Assembly: GCF_001194135.2 (NCBI RefSeq)
Contig: NC_068981.1
Span: forward strand, 25,164,138-25,228,137
Direction of reading: 5' to 3'
Source: Octopus bimaculoides
Lineage: Eukaryota
DNA length: 64,000 nucleotides
The position numbers and the translations under genes were made by a program. This document shows, one piece after another, positions 52,151 to 63,404 of this stretch (the first letter of the stretch is position 1; every line of letters begins with the position of its first letter). Below the pieces are notes generated by a model. It saw only the letters and a list, made by a program, of their open reading frames with translations, was not told the origin of the DNA and made no database searches.

Positions 52151-53585
52151 ATAAAAGAATGCAAGTTGATGTTTGCAATCGTTTAGGACGCTAGCAGAGA
52201 TTGTGGCAAGGCCTGCTGCCGAATCGAATTTAATTTTATTAATTGTTGCAGTGATTTCATTAGTGCTGAGCGTTATACATGGGAGGATATGTGAGGATTT
52301 GCATAATCAATATGGCCTACTTCGATCTCACCGAAATCACTTTAGATCAACCAGTATTGCTTCTGTAGAACTTCCACCATATATTTGGCATCATTGTGAA
52401 GATTTTGTATTCATCGATTAGGAGGCTATGAAGGGAATGTAGCCCAAAGCGCAAGCTGTTATTCCTTTGACAAATCAAAAGAATGAAAGCTTTGGTATTG
52501 CACAGGCCACACTTCATCGGCGGTCCTTAAATATTTATAAATGTATATATAAGTGTATATCTATATGTATGTATTTATGTATGTCATTATCCAGTTATTT
52601 CAAGATTTCTTGCAAAAAGAGAACGAACCGGTTTCTAACCTAGATCAGATCCAAGGCTCCTTCATTGGAATTTCAACATCAACAACAGAGTATTTTTGTA
52701 TGTATGTATGTATGTATGTATGTATGTATGTATGTATGTATGCTATCGATCAGTTTCATTTCTGTATTTCTTGTCCATAGAGAAAGAGCCGGACTCTAAC
52801 ATAGATTCAAGGCTCCTTCATTGGAACTTTTACCAACATCATCTAGGTATTTGTGCNNNNNNNNNNNNNNNNNNNNNNNNNNNNNNNNNNNNNNNNNNNN
52901 NNNNNNNNNNNNNNNNNNNNNNNNNNNNNNNNNNNNNNNNNNNNNNNNNNNNNNNNNNNNNNNNNNNNNNNNNNNNNNNNNNNNNNNNNNNNNNNNNNNN
53001 NNNNNNNNNNNNNNNNNNNNNNNNNNNNNNNNNNNNNNNNNNNNNNNNNNNNNNNNNNNNNNNNNNNNNNNNNNNNNNNNNNNNNNNNNNNNNNNNNNNN
53101 NNNNNNNNNNNNNNNNNNNNNNNNNNNNNNNNNNNNNNNNNNNNNNNNNNNNNNNNNNNNNNNNNNNNNNNNNNNNNNNNNNNNNNNNNNNNNNNNNNNN
53201 NNNNNNNNNNNNNNNNNNNNNNNNNNNNNNNNNNNNNNNNNNNNNNNNNNNNNNNNNNNNNNNNNNNNNNNNNNNNNNNNNNNNNNNNNNNNNNNNNNNN
53301 NNNNNNNNNNNNNNNNNNNNNNNNNNNNNNNNNNNNNNNNNNNNNNNNNNNNNNNNNNNNNNNNNNNNNNNNNNNNNNNNNNNNNNNNNNNNNNNNNNNN
53401 NNNNNNNNNNNNNNNNNNNNNNNNNNNNNNNNNNNNNNNNNNNNNNNNNNNNNNNNNNNNNNNNNNNNNNNNNNNNNNNNNNNNNNNNNNNNNNNNNNNN
53501 NNNNNNNNNNNNNNNNNNNNNNNNNNNNNNNNNNNNNNNNNNNNNNNNNNNNNNNNNNNNNNNNNNNNNNNNNNNNNNNNNNNNN

Positions 53586-53631
<46 letters not shown>

Positions 53632-54099
53632 ACACACACGCACACGCACACACTCATACACGCACACACAGCAAATTTAGTCCCTCCTGATACTCAAACC
53701 ATTCGCACGTTCGGTGATCTATGATTTCTTGCTGGATCATACCATGAAGGCGAATTCTTGTGAATCACGTCCTCAACAAATGCGTGTAAACTCCAATATT
53801 CACTTTATGGTCCTTCACCGCCATTCTTCTTTACAGCAAAACTCTACAAATATCCAACTTTACGTTTAAGTTCTTTGATAAATTTCCGCATGGAATAGTT
53901 ATCCGTAGACTCTTCACTTCAAACCTTTGCGGACAACATGAGCGGAAAGAGTATATAAGAAAGATTGTAATCATACTGCATATCCTAAGTTTCTACATTT
54001 TGCTGTATATCATGCTATAAATCAAATGAAATTTTGTAATGCTCGGGGAAGAAAGCGCTTTATCAAATAACGATTGTTTATTTAGGAATTCACACACAT

Positions 54100-54560
54100 A
54101 AGCGCAGGCATGACCGTGTGGTTAAGAAGTTTGCTTTACAACCATGTGGTTTCGGGTTAAGTCGCACTACGCAGCGCTTCCGTAAATGCCTTCTGCTATA
54201 GCACCTGGCCAACCAACGCCTCGTGAATGTATTTGGTAGACTGAATTACACTCACTTACACACAGACACACATGCACACACACGCACATACACGCACACA
54301 TACACACATGTATACAAGTATACATGTTATATATACGCGCGCGAATATACTTGTCTTTGTGTTTATGTTTCTCTCTTACTTCCGGTTGACGACGGGTGTT
54401 ACTTTGTTTTAGCTTGGTAACTTAGCGGTTCGGCAAAATAAACCGACAAAATAAGTACCAGACTTAAACAAAATAAGTAGAAGTTGATTTGTTCGATTAT
54501 AGCCTCCAATGAGGGCTCAGTCCAATGATTGAAACACTGAAAGATAAAAGATAATAGAAA
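54100..54560 (+). mobile_element. Degenerate family-A SINE with central microsatellite (intron 1 of gene 3)
   Basis: gcgcaggcatgaccgtgtggttaagaagtttgct..accatgtggtttcgggtt and the 3' body aacttagcggttcggcaaaa. Confidence 0.65.
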
Positions 54561-54848
54561 TCGGTTTCATTTTCCCTTTCTACTTAGAACATATCTCGAC
54601 TGCTTTACCAATGAACCCATAAAATATATTTTAAATATATATTTGTGACTTATCTTTTTCTTTCTGAGATATTTAACTTACCATTGATCATTCATTGCAT
54701 GCTCAGAGGCAAGTCTCTGTAATGTAGACTCTCATAAAATGTCTTATGTTTATAAATGTTTAATATTCTTGTTAAGCTTCTTTTTTTTTTTTTCCTTTAT
54801 CATGTTGTGGTATGATACATTTCTTTATCATATATATCTTTCTCACAG

Positions 54849-55382
54849 ATTGCCGCCCAAATTGTAATTCTCATTTTCAACTACGACATTACTGTATCTT
54901 CAAGAAGTGGGGAATGTAAAAAACGCAATGACTCGAATGCATCATACGAAAGTCTGTTTATGAAATCCATTGGCCACAATTTCTTTGTACCTCCTTCGAT
55001 GGTTCCCCACGAATTCTGCGACCCACCACTTACTGCTGGAGTAAAAAGCTGCTCGCAATTTCTCCCTACTAACAAAATAGTCAGGGAAAGATCAACCTGT
55101 CCTTGGTACGTGACCATTATTCATGATCCAACAATTTTCCCTCCCCGTCGAACTGAAGCAGTGTGCCGCTGTGAAGGGTGTATCGAATCGTACCGTCATC
55201 ACAAATGTGTAACTGTGTTCACTAAAATGACTTTTCTCAAGCGTACACCTGAATGTATTGATGGACTGTATATGTATGTCCCATTGGTGATGGACGTGGC
55301 CGTTGCATGCACGTGCGCGGCGAATATCGAAAAGGTCGATAATGCTTCGATATATGATTATGTTTATGATACTGAAATTTAA
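54849..55382 (+). CDS. IL17: IL-17-like gene 3, coding exon 2; predicted full protein 182 aa
   Basis: Acceptor tctttctcacag at 54848. The frame is open from 54849 (IAAQIVILIFNYDITVSS|RSGEC..) through the ATG at 54960. Motifs RERSTCPWY, EAVCRCEGC, AVACTCA; TAA at 55380-55382. Confidence 0.92.
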   Translation: MAAQIVILIFNYDITVSSRSGECKKRNDSNASYESLFMKSIGHNFFVPPSMVPHEFCDPPLTAGVKSCSQFLPTNKIVRERSTCPWYVTIIHDPTIFPPRRTEAVCRCEGCIESYRHHKCVTVFTKMTFLKRTPECIDGLYMYVPLVMDVAVACTCAANIEKVDNASIYDYVYDTEI

Positions 55383-56940
55383 TCTGAACAAACGTTATAA
55401 CGGCTATTGTAAGCTGCGTATAATGCAAAGTTTGTTTATCAGATTACACAGACAGACAGACAAACAGACAGACACAGACACACACACATACGTAAGTATA
55501 ATGTATTTGAAACATTATAGACACGTATCAGAAATTATTCTTTTATTATTTCATCAGTGCATGCAATTTGATTTTTAAAACAAATTGTCGATATTTTTGC
55601 CGTTGGCACGTATCATAAGATGAATATCATTCGATAAGAAAAAAATAATAATAATAATAAAAAACTACCATAATAGTTTTGCTCTTGAACACAAATATAT
55701 TCTCCTTTTCACAATCGATTTCGGCTAGTGCAATGGCAGTTGCTTATTACAAATGCATTTTTTTTTTTTAATTATTTCGAGCAAACTTGCGCTGAAAACT
55801 CGATGATTGACTTTTATCGATAACAGTTCGCCACAAAAGCAGTTATATACAATTCAATAAACTACATTGTTTGCCGATAGTTTACTTCATTGGTGCAAGT
55901 AATCAATATTTAAAACCTGAAGGTTACCAAGAAAATCGTTATTCTAATAATTTTTTTTAGAAACTATATTATTTTCTTCGTTTCTTTAGTCTACTGCAAT
56001 TACAGGATTAATTGCATTTCAGAGGTACAGCTTCAAATGTTTAGTTATTGATATCGACCCAAGTGACCCACCCAAGTGCATGCGTCAATCAAGTGCTATT
56101 TTTATTTATTTAAACCTATCTGTCGAACCGCTTGTGATAATAGTTTTTAGTGTCACTGAAAAACCTGTGCCGTCACATTCACTCATGCAGTAATTCTACA
56201 AGGCATATAAATAAATTTCGGCAAGTAAACTATATGGAGCGAATATGTCAAGATACCAATATACGTACATAAATATATATCAACAATAATAATAATAATA
56301 ATGAAAAGGATTATTACGAAGTGCCATAGCATTACCTTTAATTCTTTTTATATATAAATAGCCTTACACAGACCTACACATGTTTCAAAAACACCGACTA
56401 GTAAACGTTGCAATTGCAAGTTTACTATAACACTGGCGCAGATGTCCTATTATAGGTATCTCTGATGTGTATTAAATGTACACTGTTGACTAATTTTTTC
56501 TCGCTAGACCACCGGTAGCAAATTGAATTTCTAAATTTTTTTTTTGCTACCCTGACATTTATTAATTATGATAAAATGTTTTTTTGGCTAATTTCTGAAA
56601 AATCGGCATTCTTTGTATTTGCTGCCGATAAGGTATACTACACATGCGCGATAAGTTTTGAAAAATTAAACATATATGCACAAGTCATGTTTTCTATGTA
56701 GTGCCTCGTGTGTATATGTTAATCTAGGCTATTCCGCTGATGATAGTTGGCCTTGCAAAGTAATTTGTTTTGCTAAAATAACTTGAAACCTGGTTCGGAA
56801 CATAGATGGTAAATGTTTTTATTTTTCATTCCCTTTCGAAATTATCCCTAATTGTGGTGGAGAGCTTTAGTTGCTCTTTCTAGCGGGTCAGATTTCCTAT
56901 TATAGGCATCTCTGATGTGTATAAAATGTACACTGTATAT

Positions 56941-56976
<36 letters not shown>

Positions 56977-57459
56977 NNNNNNNNNNNNNNNNNNNNNNNN
57001 NNNNATATATATGCATATATACACACAGACACACACATATATATGTATATGCATATATACTCACAGACACGCACACATACACAGACACACACACGCACGC
57101 GCGCGCGCACACACACACGCACACACACACACACACATATATATACACGATACTTATTGAACGATGGAACAGGCAAACTGTCTGAAAAATATGAATTGTC
57201 CACGTGACATTGTTATGGTTTAAAATTCGATCTAGAACAATCTAGTGGAAATGTAAATTCTCAGCAGTTATATAAGCCCACAACTCTTCTACCTGTAACT
57301 AATAGTATGATAAGTGCCAACGTAGGAAACTCTCGGACCTTGAGTTACTGTCTTATTTCTGCTAAATATTAATAAAAATATACATATACTCATATTTTGA
57401 GTTCTGCTTTTCCTGTGTGCTTTAACATATCACTCAAGAGTGAAAATGTCAAAAATATA

Positions 57460-57720
57460 TTAAACAGCGGCATGGATGAGGTTGGAACTGGTCACAGTGT
57501 ATAGGACGCTCAGTGTTGACTCTTTATGATAACAGTCCCCTTCTATTTCCTCAGATAGACGCCTTCTATTTGATTTGGACAGTTTATTCTTTTCAAAACT
57601 TTTGCATTTAGCATCATATCCTTTCAGTCTAGCCTTTAACGCTGTCACTCTTTGTGACAATTCTGAGCCGTGGTTAGCAACCCGCCTAGTGATGGTATCA
57701 CGATGAAAATACTGGGGATT
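57460..57720 (-). mobile_element. Inverted R4/Dong fragment
   Basis: ELSQRVTALKARLKGYDAKCKSFEKNKLSKSNRRRLSEEIEG is homologous to the + strand segment at about 58675-58810. Confidence 0.7.
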
Positions 57721-57779
57721 GCACAATCTTACAAATGCTACCTTTAAAAGAGTAATGACAAAATCAAATAGATATCACA

Positions 57780-60700
57780 ACAGCGCTAACGGGACCATAA
57801 CTGTTAAGAGTAGGTCTCGCGTACGACAGGCAATGATCAACTGATCAAACTCCGGCAAGTCGTCATCAAGCCACTGATCAGGACTAGAATCGAGATCAAA
57901 ATTGCAAAAGACAAAAGATGAAATGGGGAAAAGATGTAAACAAGCTTGTAATTGAATGCTGGCTATGAAGTGAGCCAAATAAAACAGCTTTTATTAAACA
58001 AATCAAGAGAATATGGAATGACAAAGGAGCTTTTCAAGCATTCGCGCAGTGATTAATAGTTTAGGCAAAGACAGTTCGTATGAACGACTGTATTACAGGA
58101 TCAGAAGTTGAAGAAATTCATAGAAGCAGCAGCCACAGAAAGTGGCAATGAAGAGGTAGGAGATGAAGAATATGAAAAAGAAAGAAATCGCTATGTGCCT
58201 GAGGATGCTGATGGAGTAAATAATGCAGATGATCTAGGAGGATAAGTGATAGTAAATACTACGCAGACTTGAATGACGAAGAAAAAGAGATTCTAGAAAT
58301 GCTGCAGGGTAAAATGTACGGCATGAAAATGGACTACCACCAAATGTAAGATATATGGACAGAGGAAAAGTAAAGAGAGACACAGGCAAAGTAAATGGCG
58401 TTTTGAGCTTGGTTAAGAACACATTAGTGAAACAAGCCAGCTAATGATCGCGGCTGCTAATTCTGTAGCTGACATAATGGGATACAAGTGGAAAACTGAA
58501 GAAATGAAAGGAAATGAAAAGAAAGAACCAATCTGATAGAAGAGAATACGAATGCAGTTGGAAAATACATGGAAAGAACTGGGTCAAGAGTAATGAGAGG
58601 AGATCTCAAGAATGAGGTAGAAATCAGAAAATGGACAGAAGAGGTTAGAAGAAAGGGTAAAGCAAACAGTACATGAAGAATTGTCACAAAGGGTGACAAC
58701 ATTAAATGTCAGAGTGAAACGATATGATGATAGATACAAAAATTTTGGAAAAAAAAAACTGTTCCAATCAAATTGAAGGCATCTATTTGAGGAAATATCA
58801 GGGGGACTATCATCAGTAACTGATTCTTGATGGAGAAGAAAGTAAAATATTTGGGGAAGAACTGCGGAACTGGTCGGCGAGGTATAAAGCAAGTGCAGAG
58901 TGTCAACTATGCCAAGACAAAAGGACGTCAGAATTGATATATGCATTTAGTGAGACTGAAATTTTAAAAATAGAAAATTAGAAAGGACTTGGCCCAGATG
59001 GAATACAAAGGTATTGGCTAAAGTACTTTACACAGCTGCATGAAAGAATAGCTGCACAACTGTATGATTACCTTCAGCAAGGTCATGCCCCTCCCTGGAT
59101 GATAAGCGGACGAACTTTGTTGTCTCAAGGAGTCCTTGAAACTTGAAAGGTAACTTGGCATCAAACTTCCGACCTATAACTTGTTGACTACTTAAGTAGA
59201 AGCTTATGACTGATGTCTTAGCGGGAAAGTTATATAATCATCTGGAAAGTAACAATTTACTTTCAGAAGAACAGAAGGATGCAGAAAAGACGGTAGGGCA
59301 CAAAAGACCACGTATTAACTGATAAAATCAAAATTAGAACTTGTAGATGCAGATTGTTGGGACTAAATGTAGCATGGTTACTGTATAAGAAAGCATATGA
59401 CAAGGTACCGTACAGTTGCATAAATAAAACAATGATCATATTTGGAATAGCGGAAATGGGAGAAATTGCTTAATGAAAGTGTGAACATTGGAACAGTAAA
59501 TTGATTGGCGGAAAACAAAGACTTGGGAAAGTGAATATCAGACGGGGTATATTTCAAGCTGATAGCTTATCTCCATTACTATTTGTATTGACCTTTATGC
59601 CGCTCAGTGCTCCAGCATGGCTGCAGTCAAATGACTGAAACAAGTAAAAGAGAAAAAGAATAGCTTACGATTTGGTGGAAAGGATATGATCGGGTAAAAT
59701 CATCTCCTTTTTATGGATGATATAAAGTTTTATGCGAAAAATGAGAAGCAGCTTGATAAGCTTGTACCTACTGTCTGCATTTTCCCAAATGATGTCGATA
59801 TGGAATTCAGGATTGAAATGTGCGTTATTATGAAAATGAAACTAGGAAAATTTGAAGGAAGGAAACCAGGGAATTGAGATGCCAAATGGTCAAACAATAA
59901 ATGCGGTTGAAAAAGGACAGTGGTATAATTATTTGGAGCTACTGCAGGCAGACGAAATGAAACGCGAAGCAGTAAAGAAAATCACTAATAGGAAGTATAA
60001 AAGAAAAATATTATAGTCAAAACTGAATTTTTAAATTATTGAAGCAATAAATGTAAGAGCAGTAACGGTAATCAGATATGAAACTAGAATTGTAGATTGG
60101 ACCAAAAAAGACATACAGACACTTGACAGGAAAACTAGAAAGCTGTTGACAAAGTGTAGAGCCCACCATACGAAAGCTGATGTCAACCAGCTGTACGTGA
60201 AGAGAGACGAGGATGGAAGAGGTTCAATTGCTATGGAAGTGTATACAGATGAAAAAAATGTCTACTACAATATTTACAGAACAACGCAGAGAAATTACTA
60301 AAGACAGTTAATAAGGAACAGGTGATCAAGTTTAGAATAGAAGAAAAGGTAAAAACTGAAATTCAAAGAGAGCATTTTAAACAGATTGCAGAGAAACCTT
60401 TGCATAATCAGGTTTGGAGAGCAACCGAGAATGTATGTGAAAGAAAACGCTTCACTTTTTAACAGAAAGGACAATGAAAAAGAAAAAAAAAAGCAGAGGC
60501 CCTAGTTATAGCAACGCAAAATCAAGCGATAAACATAAACTTGAGAAAATATGAATATAGGGTGAAGATTTCAGAAAAGAGTACAGTCTGTGGAATTTGG
60601 AATGGGACAGTGGCACAAATTGTTGCAGAATGTTCCAAGTTGGCACAGAGAGAATATAAAAAATGTAGGCATGACCAAGTTGTGAAAATTTCACACTGGA

Positions 60701-61295
60701 AGCTTTGTAAGAAAAGAGGATTTGAAGCTGGAGCAACATGGTATAATCATCGTGTCGAAGGTGTGATGGAGTTGGAGAAATGCAAAGTTCTATAGGATTT
60801 TCCTATTCAGACAAATAAGAAGATAGAAAACCAAAGACAAGACATAGCAATTATAGACAAAGAAAAGTGAAGTCTGCTAACTAATTTAATCCCTCATGTC
60901 CGATTTATTCCGCGATTCTAAAGAAAGAGTATGAAAAACACAAAAAAATACAATCTCTTAAAATTGCACGTTGCAAGAATTTGGAGAATAAAAACTGTTA
61001 ATTATGTGCCCGTAATAACTGGTGCTTTGGGAACTGTAAGTAGAAGTATAGAGAATGGTTGAATTAGATTGGCATAGGATGTCCTATAGAGCTTCTATAG
61101 AAAGATTGCCACTTAGTGACCGGAAAGTTTCTGAGGAGGGCTTTAAGTAATTGAGAGATTATTTAACGCTTGTGGATACTTAACGCTACAGATCGTAACA
61201 CACGTTGCCCACACAATTTCTACCAGGAATAAGAACGAACCTGAATCAAATCACAAATGGTGAAGATGATGATGATAGTAAATAATAATAATAAC
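57780..61295 (+). mobile_element. Near-full-length but heavily decayed R4/Dong-clade retrotransposon
   Basis: N-terminal KWGKDVNKLVIECW; GPDGIQRYWLK; NFRPIT; EEQKGCRK; GIFQADSLSPLLF; LLFMDDIKFYAKNEKQ; HHTKADVNQLYVKR; C..VAQIVAECSKLAQREYKKCRHDQV; DIAIIDKEK; ITGALGTVS; ends in a (GAT)(TAA)n tail. Confidence 0.88.
59605..59660 (+). mobile_element. 3' tail of a family-A SINE inserted in the R4 RT region
   Basis: ccagcatggctgcagtcaaatgactgaaacaagtaaaaga matches 63125-63165 and interrupts the RT between the SPLLF and FMDD motifs. Confidence 0.75.
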
Positions 61296-61384
61296 TAACC
61301 GGACCCGTGAAAAATACACGGAAAACATAAAAAATGTAAGCATCTGTAAACAATGTACTGGTGCCATGAGAAATGTTTGTATAG

Positions 61385-62165
61385 TATGACTATCTGTCTT
61401 TACGTCCTGAGTTCAAATTCTGCCGTGGTCGACTTTGTCTTTCATCCTTTCGGGGTCGATAAATTAAGGACAAGTTGTGTACTGGGGGTCAATCTAATCA
61501 GTTAGCGCTCCACGACAAAATTTTCAGGCCTAGAAAATTATATTATGGCAGCTACAGAATATAGAAAGTAATGTAACTCCAATGACTATATAATCCAACC
61601 AAAATATCTCAGTTACCCAAACGTAAACAGAATTGCTATTTAACCTTAAAATACATCGAACATATTCAAAGAACCTTCTTGGTTTAGTGGTACAGAAAGT
61701 TTTTCTGGTATTCTATTACTTGTTTCAGTCATTTGACGGTGACCATGCTGGAGCACCACCCTTTAGTCGAAGAAATTGACTCTTGGATTTATTCCCTGTA
61801 AGCCTGGTGCTTATTCTATCAGTCTCTTTTGCTGAACAGCTAAATTACAGGGACGCAACGTACCAACATCGGTTGTCAAGCAATGGTGGTGGTGGGACAA
61901 ACACAGACACAAACACACGCACACATAGATAGATAGTATGGCGGCGAGCTGGAAGAACCGTTAGTACACCGGGCGAAATGCTTAGCGGTATTTCGTCTGC
62001 CCGCTACGTTCTGAATTCAAATTCCGCCGAGATCGACTTTGCCTTTCATCCTTTCGGGGTCGATTAAATAAGTATCAGTTACGCACTGGGGTCGATATAA
62101 TCGATTTAATCCGTTTGTCTGTCCTTGTTTATCCCCTCTGTGTGTAGCCCCTTGTGGGTAGTAAA
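61385..62165. mobile_element. SINE patch: family B (+, 61385-61530), family A 3' part (-, 61710-61920), intact family B (+, 61938-62165)
   Basis: Direct similarity to the other copies. 61938 begins atggcggcgagctggaagaaccgttagtac and has a ttctgaattcaaattccgcc B-box-like motif. Confidence 0.8.
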
Positions 62166-62762
62166 GAAATAACACATAGATAGATAGATAGATAGATAGA
62201 TAGCCATCTATTTGTCTATATAGCTGTCTTCTTTTCACTCATTTGTTTCTTCCACCAAAGTGGTTGTTTGGACCTCTGCATTGGACCTTTGAAATGCAAG
62301 TAGATGCTTAGCCACAACGAATTTAAAGTAGAGTTTCAAGCAACTATAATGCTGAAACTCACGTAGCAACACACGACAAAGCTTTTGTTTAACGTATTTT
62401 CTCAATTATATGCATATTTATACACATTATGTATACATGCATAGACGCACACACACACACATATTGTGCTTTTCGTTTGACAAACAAGAGAACAGAAACA
62501 TTAACCTACCTATATATATTTCGTGTTACGCTAAGAAGAGTTGCACAGTACCAAAATTTTGAATTGAAGTCAAATATAATATACTACAAATCGTAGTTAG
62601 GTTTAATTATACTGGCATCCATTACGTAGATCAATAAGTTGGATTACACTTTTAACTAAAACATTAAAAAATTTTCATCAATTTTTTTTTTATACATTCA
62701 AAATGTTTCAACTGCGGAATGTGTACGTGATGGAAACATTTCCTATCGTATATTACACAAAC

Positions 62763-63168
62763 CAGGAGTGGCTGTGTGGTAAGTAGCTTGCTTACCAACC
62801 ACATGGTTCCGGGTTCAGTCCCACTGCGTGGCACCTTAGGCAAGTGTCTTCTACTATACCCTCGGGCCGACCAAAGCCTTGTGAGTGGATTTGGTAGACG
62901 GAAACTGAAAGAAGCCTGTCGTATATATGTATATATATATATATATATGTATGTGTGTATATGTTGTGTACCTGTGTTTGTCCCCCAACACCACTTGACA
63001 ACCGAGTCTGGTGTGTTTACATCCCCGTAACTTAGCGGTTCGGCAAAAAGAGACCGATAGAATAAGTACTAGGCTTACAAAGAATAAGTCCTGGGGTCGA
63101 TTTGCTCGACTAAAAGGTGGTGCCCCAGCATGGCCGCAGTCAAATGACTGAAACAAGTAAAAGAGTAA
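62763..63168 (+). mobile_element. Full-length family-A tRNA-derived CORE-like SINE with central (TA)n/(TG)n
   Basis: A/B-box-like head (tggctgtgtggtaag / ggttcagtccc), CORE-like ggcaccttaggcaagtgtctt, a microsatellite and a 3' tail ..gactgaaacaagtaaaagag. From memory it resembles described octopus tRNA-derived SINEs; not verified. Confidence 0.85.
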
Positions 63169-63359
63169 GCCAGAAACTTACGCATTAAAATGTTTCAAAG
63201 TATCAAAACTTGGTTTGATTTCCTTATTACAGTTATATATATTAATTGACTCTGTCTGATGAAATTCTGATTTGAAATTTCTATATAATTGATATAAGCA
63301 AATAAAACATGTGCAATGTCGAGTAAATAATACCCGACCAAATTCTTTAACTTTCTGTT

Positions 63360-63404
<45 letters not shown>

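Noticed and set aside
30757-54962. ORF-track starts of the IL-17 genes (TTG 30757, GTG 42946, ATG 54960)
   Set aside because: Each frame is open back to an AG acceptor, and matching upstream ATG micro-exons exist. ATG 54960 would delete the signal peptide and the first conserved Cys.
62763-62830. tRNA-like heads of SINE families A and B as tRNA genes
   Set aside because: A/B-box-like motifs are present, but no complete cloverleaf is evident and each continues into SINE body sequence.
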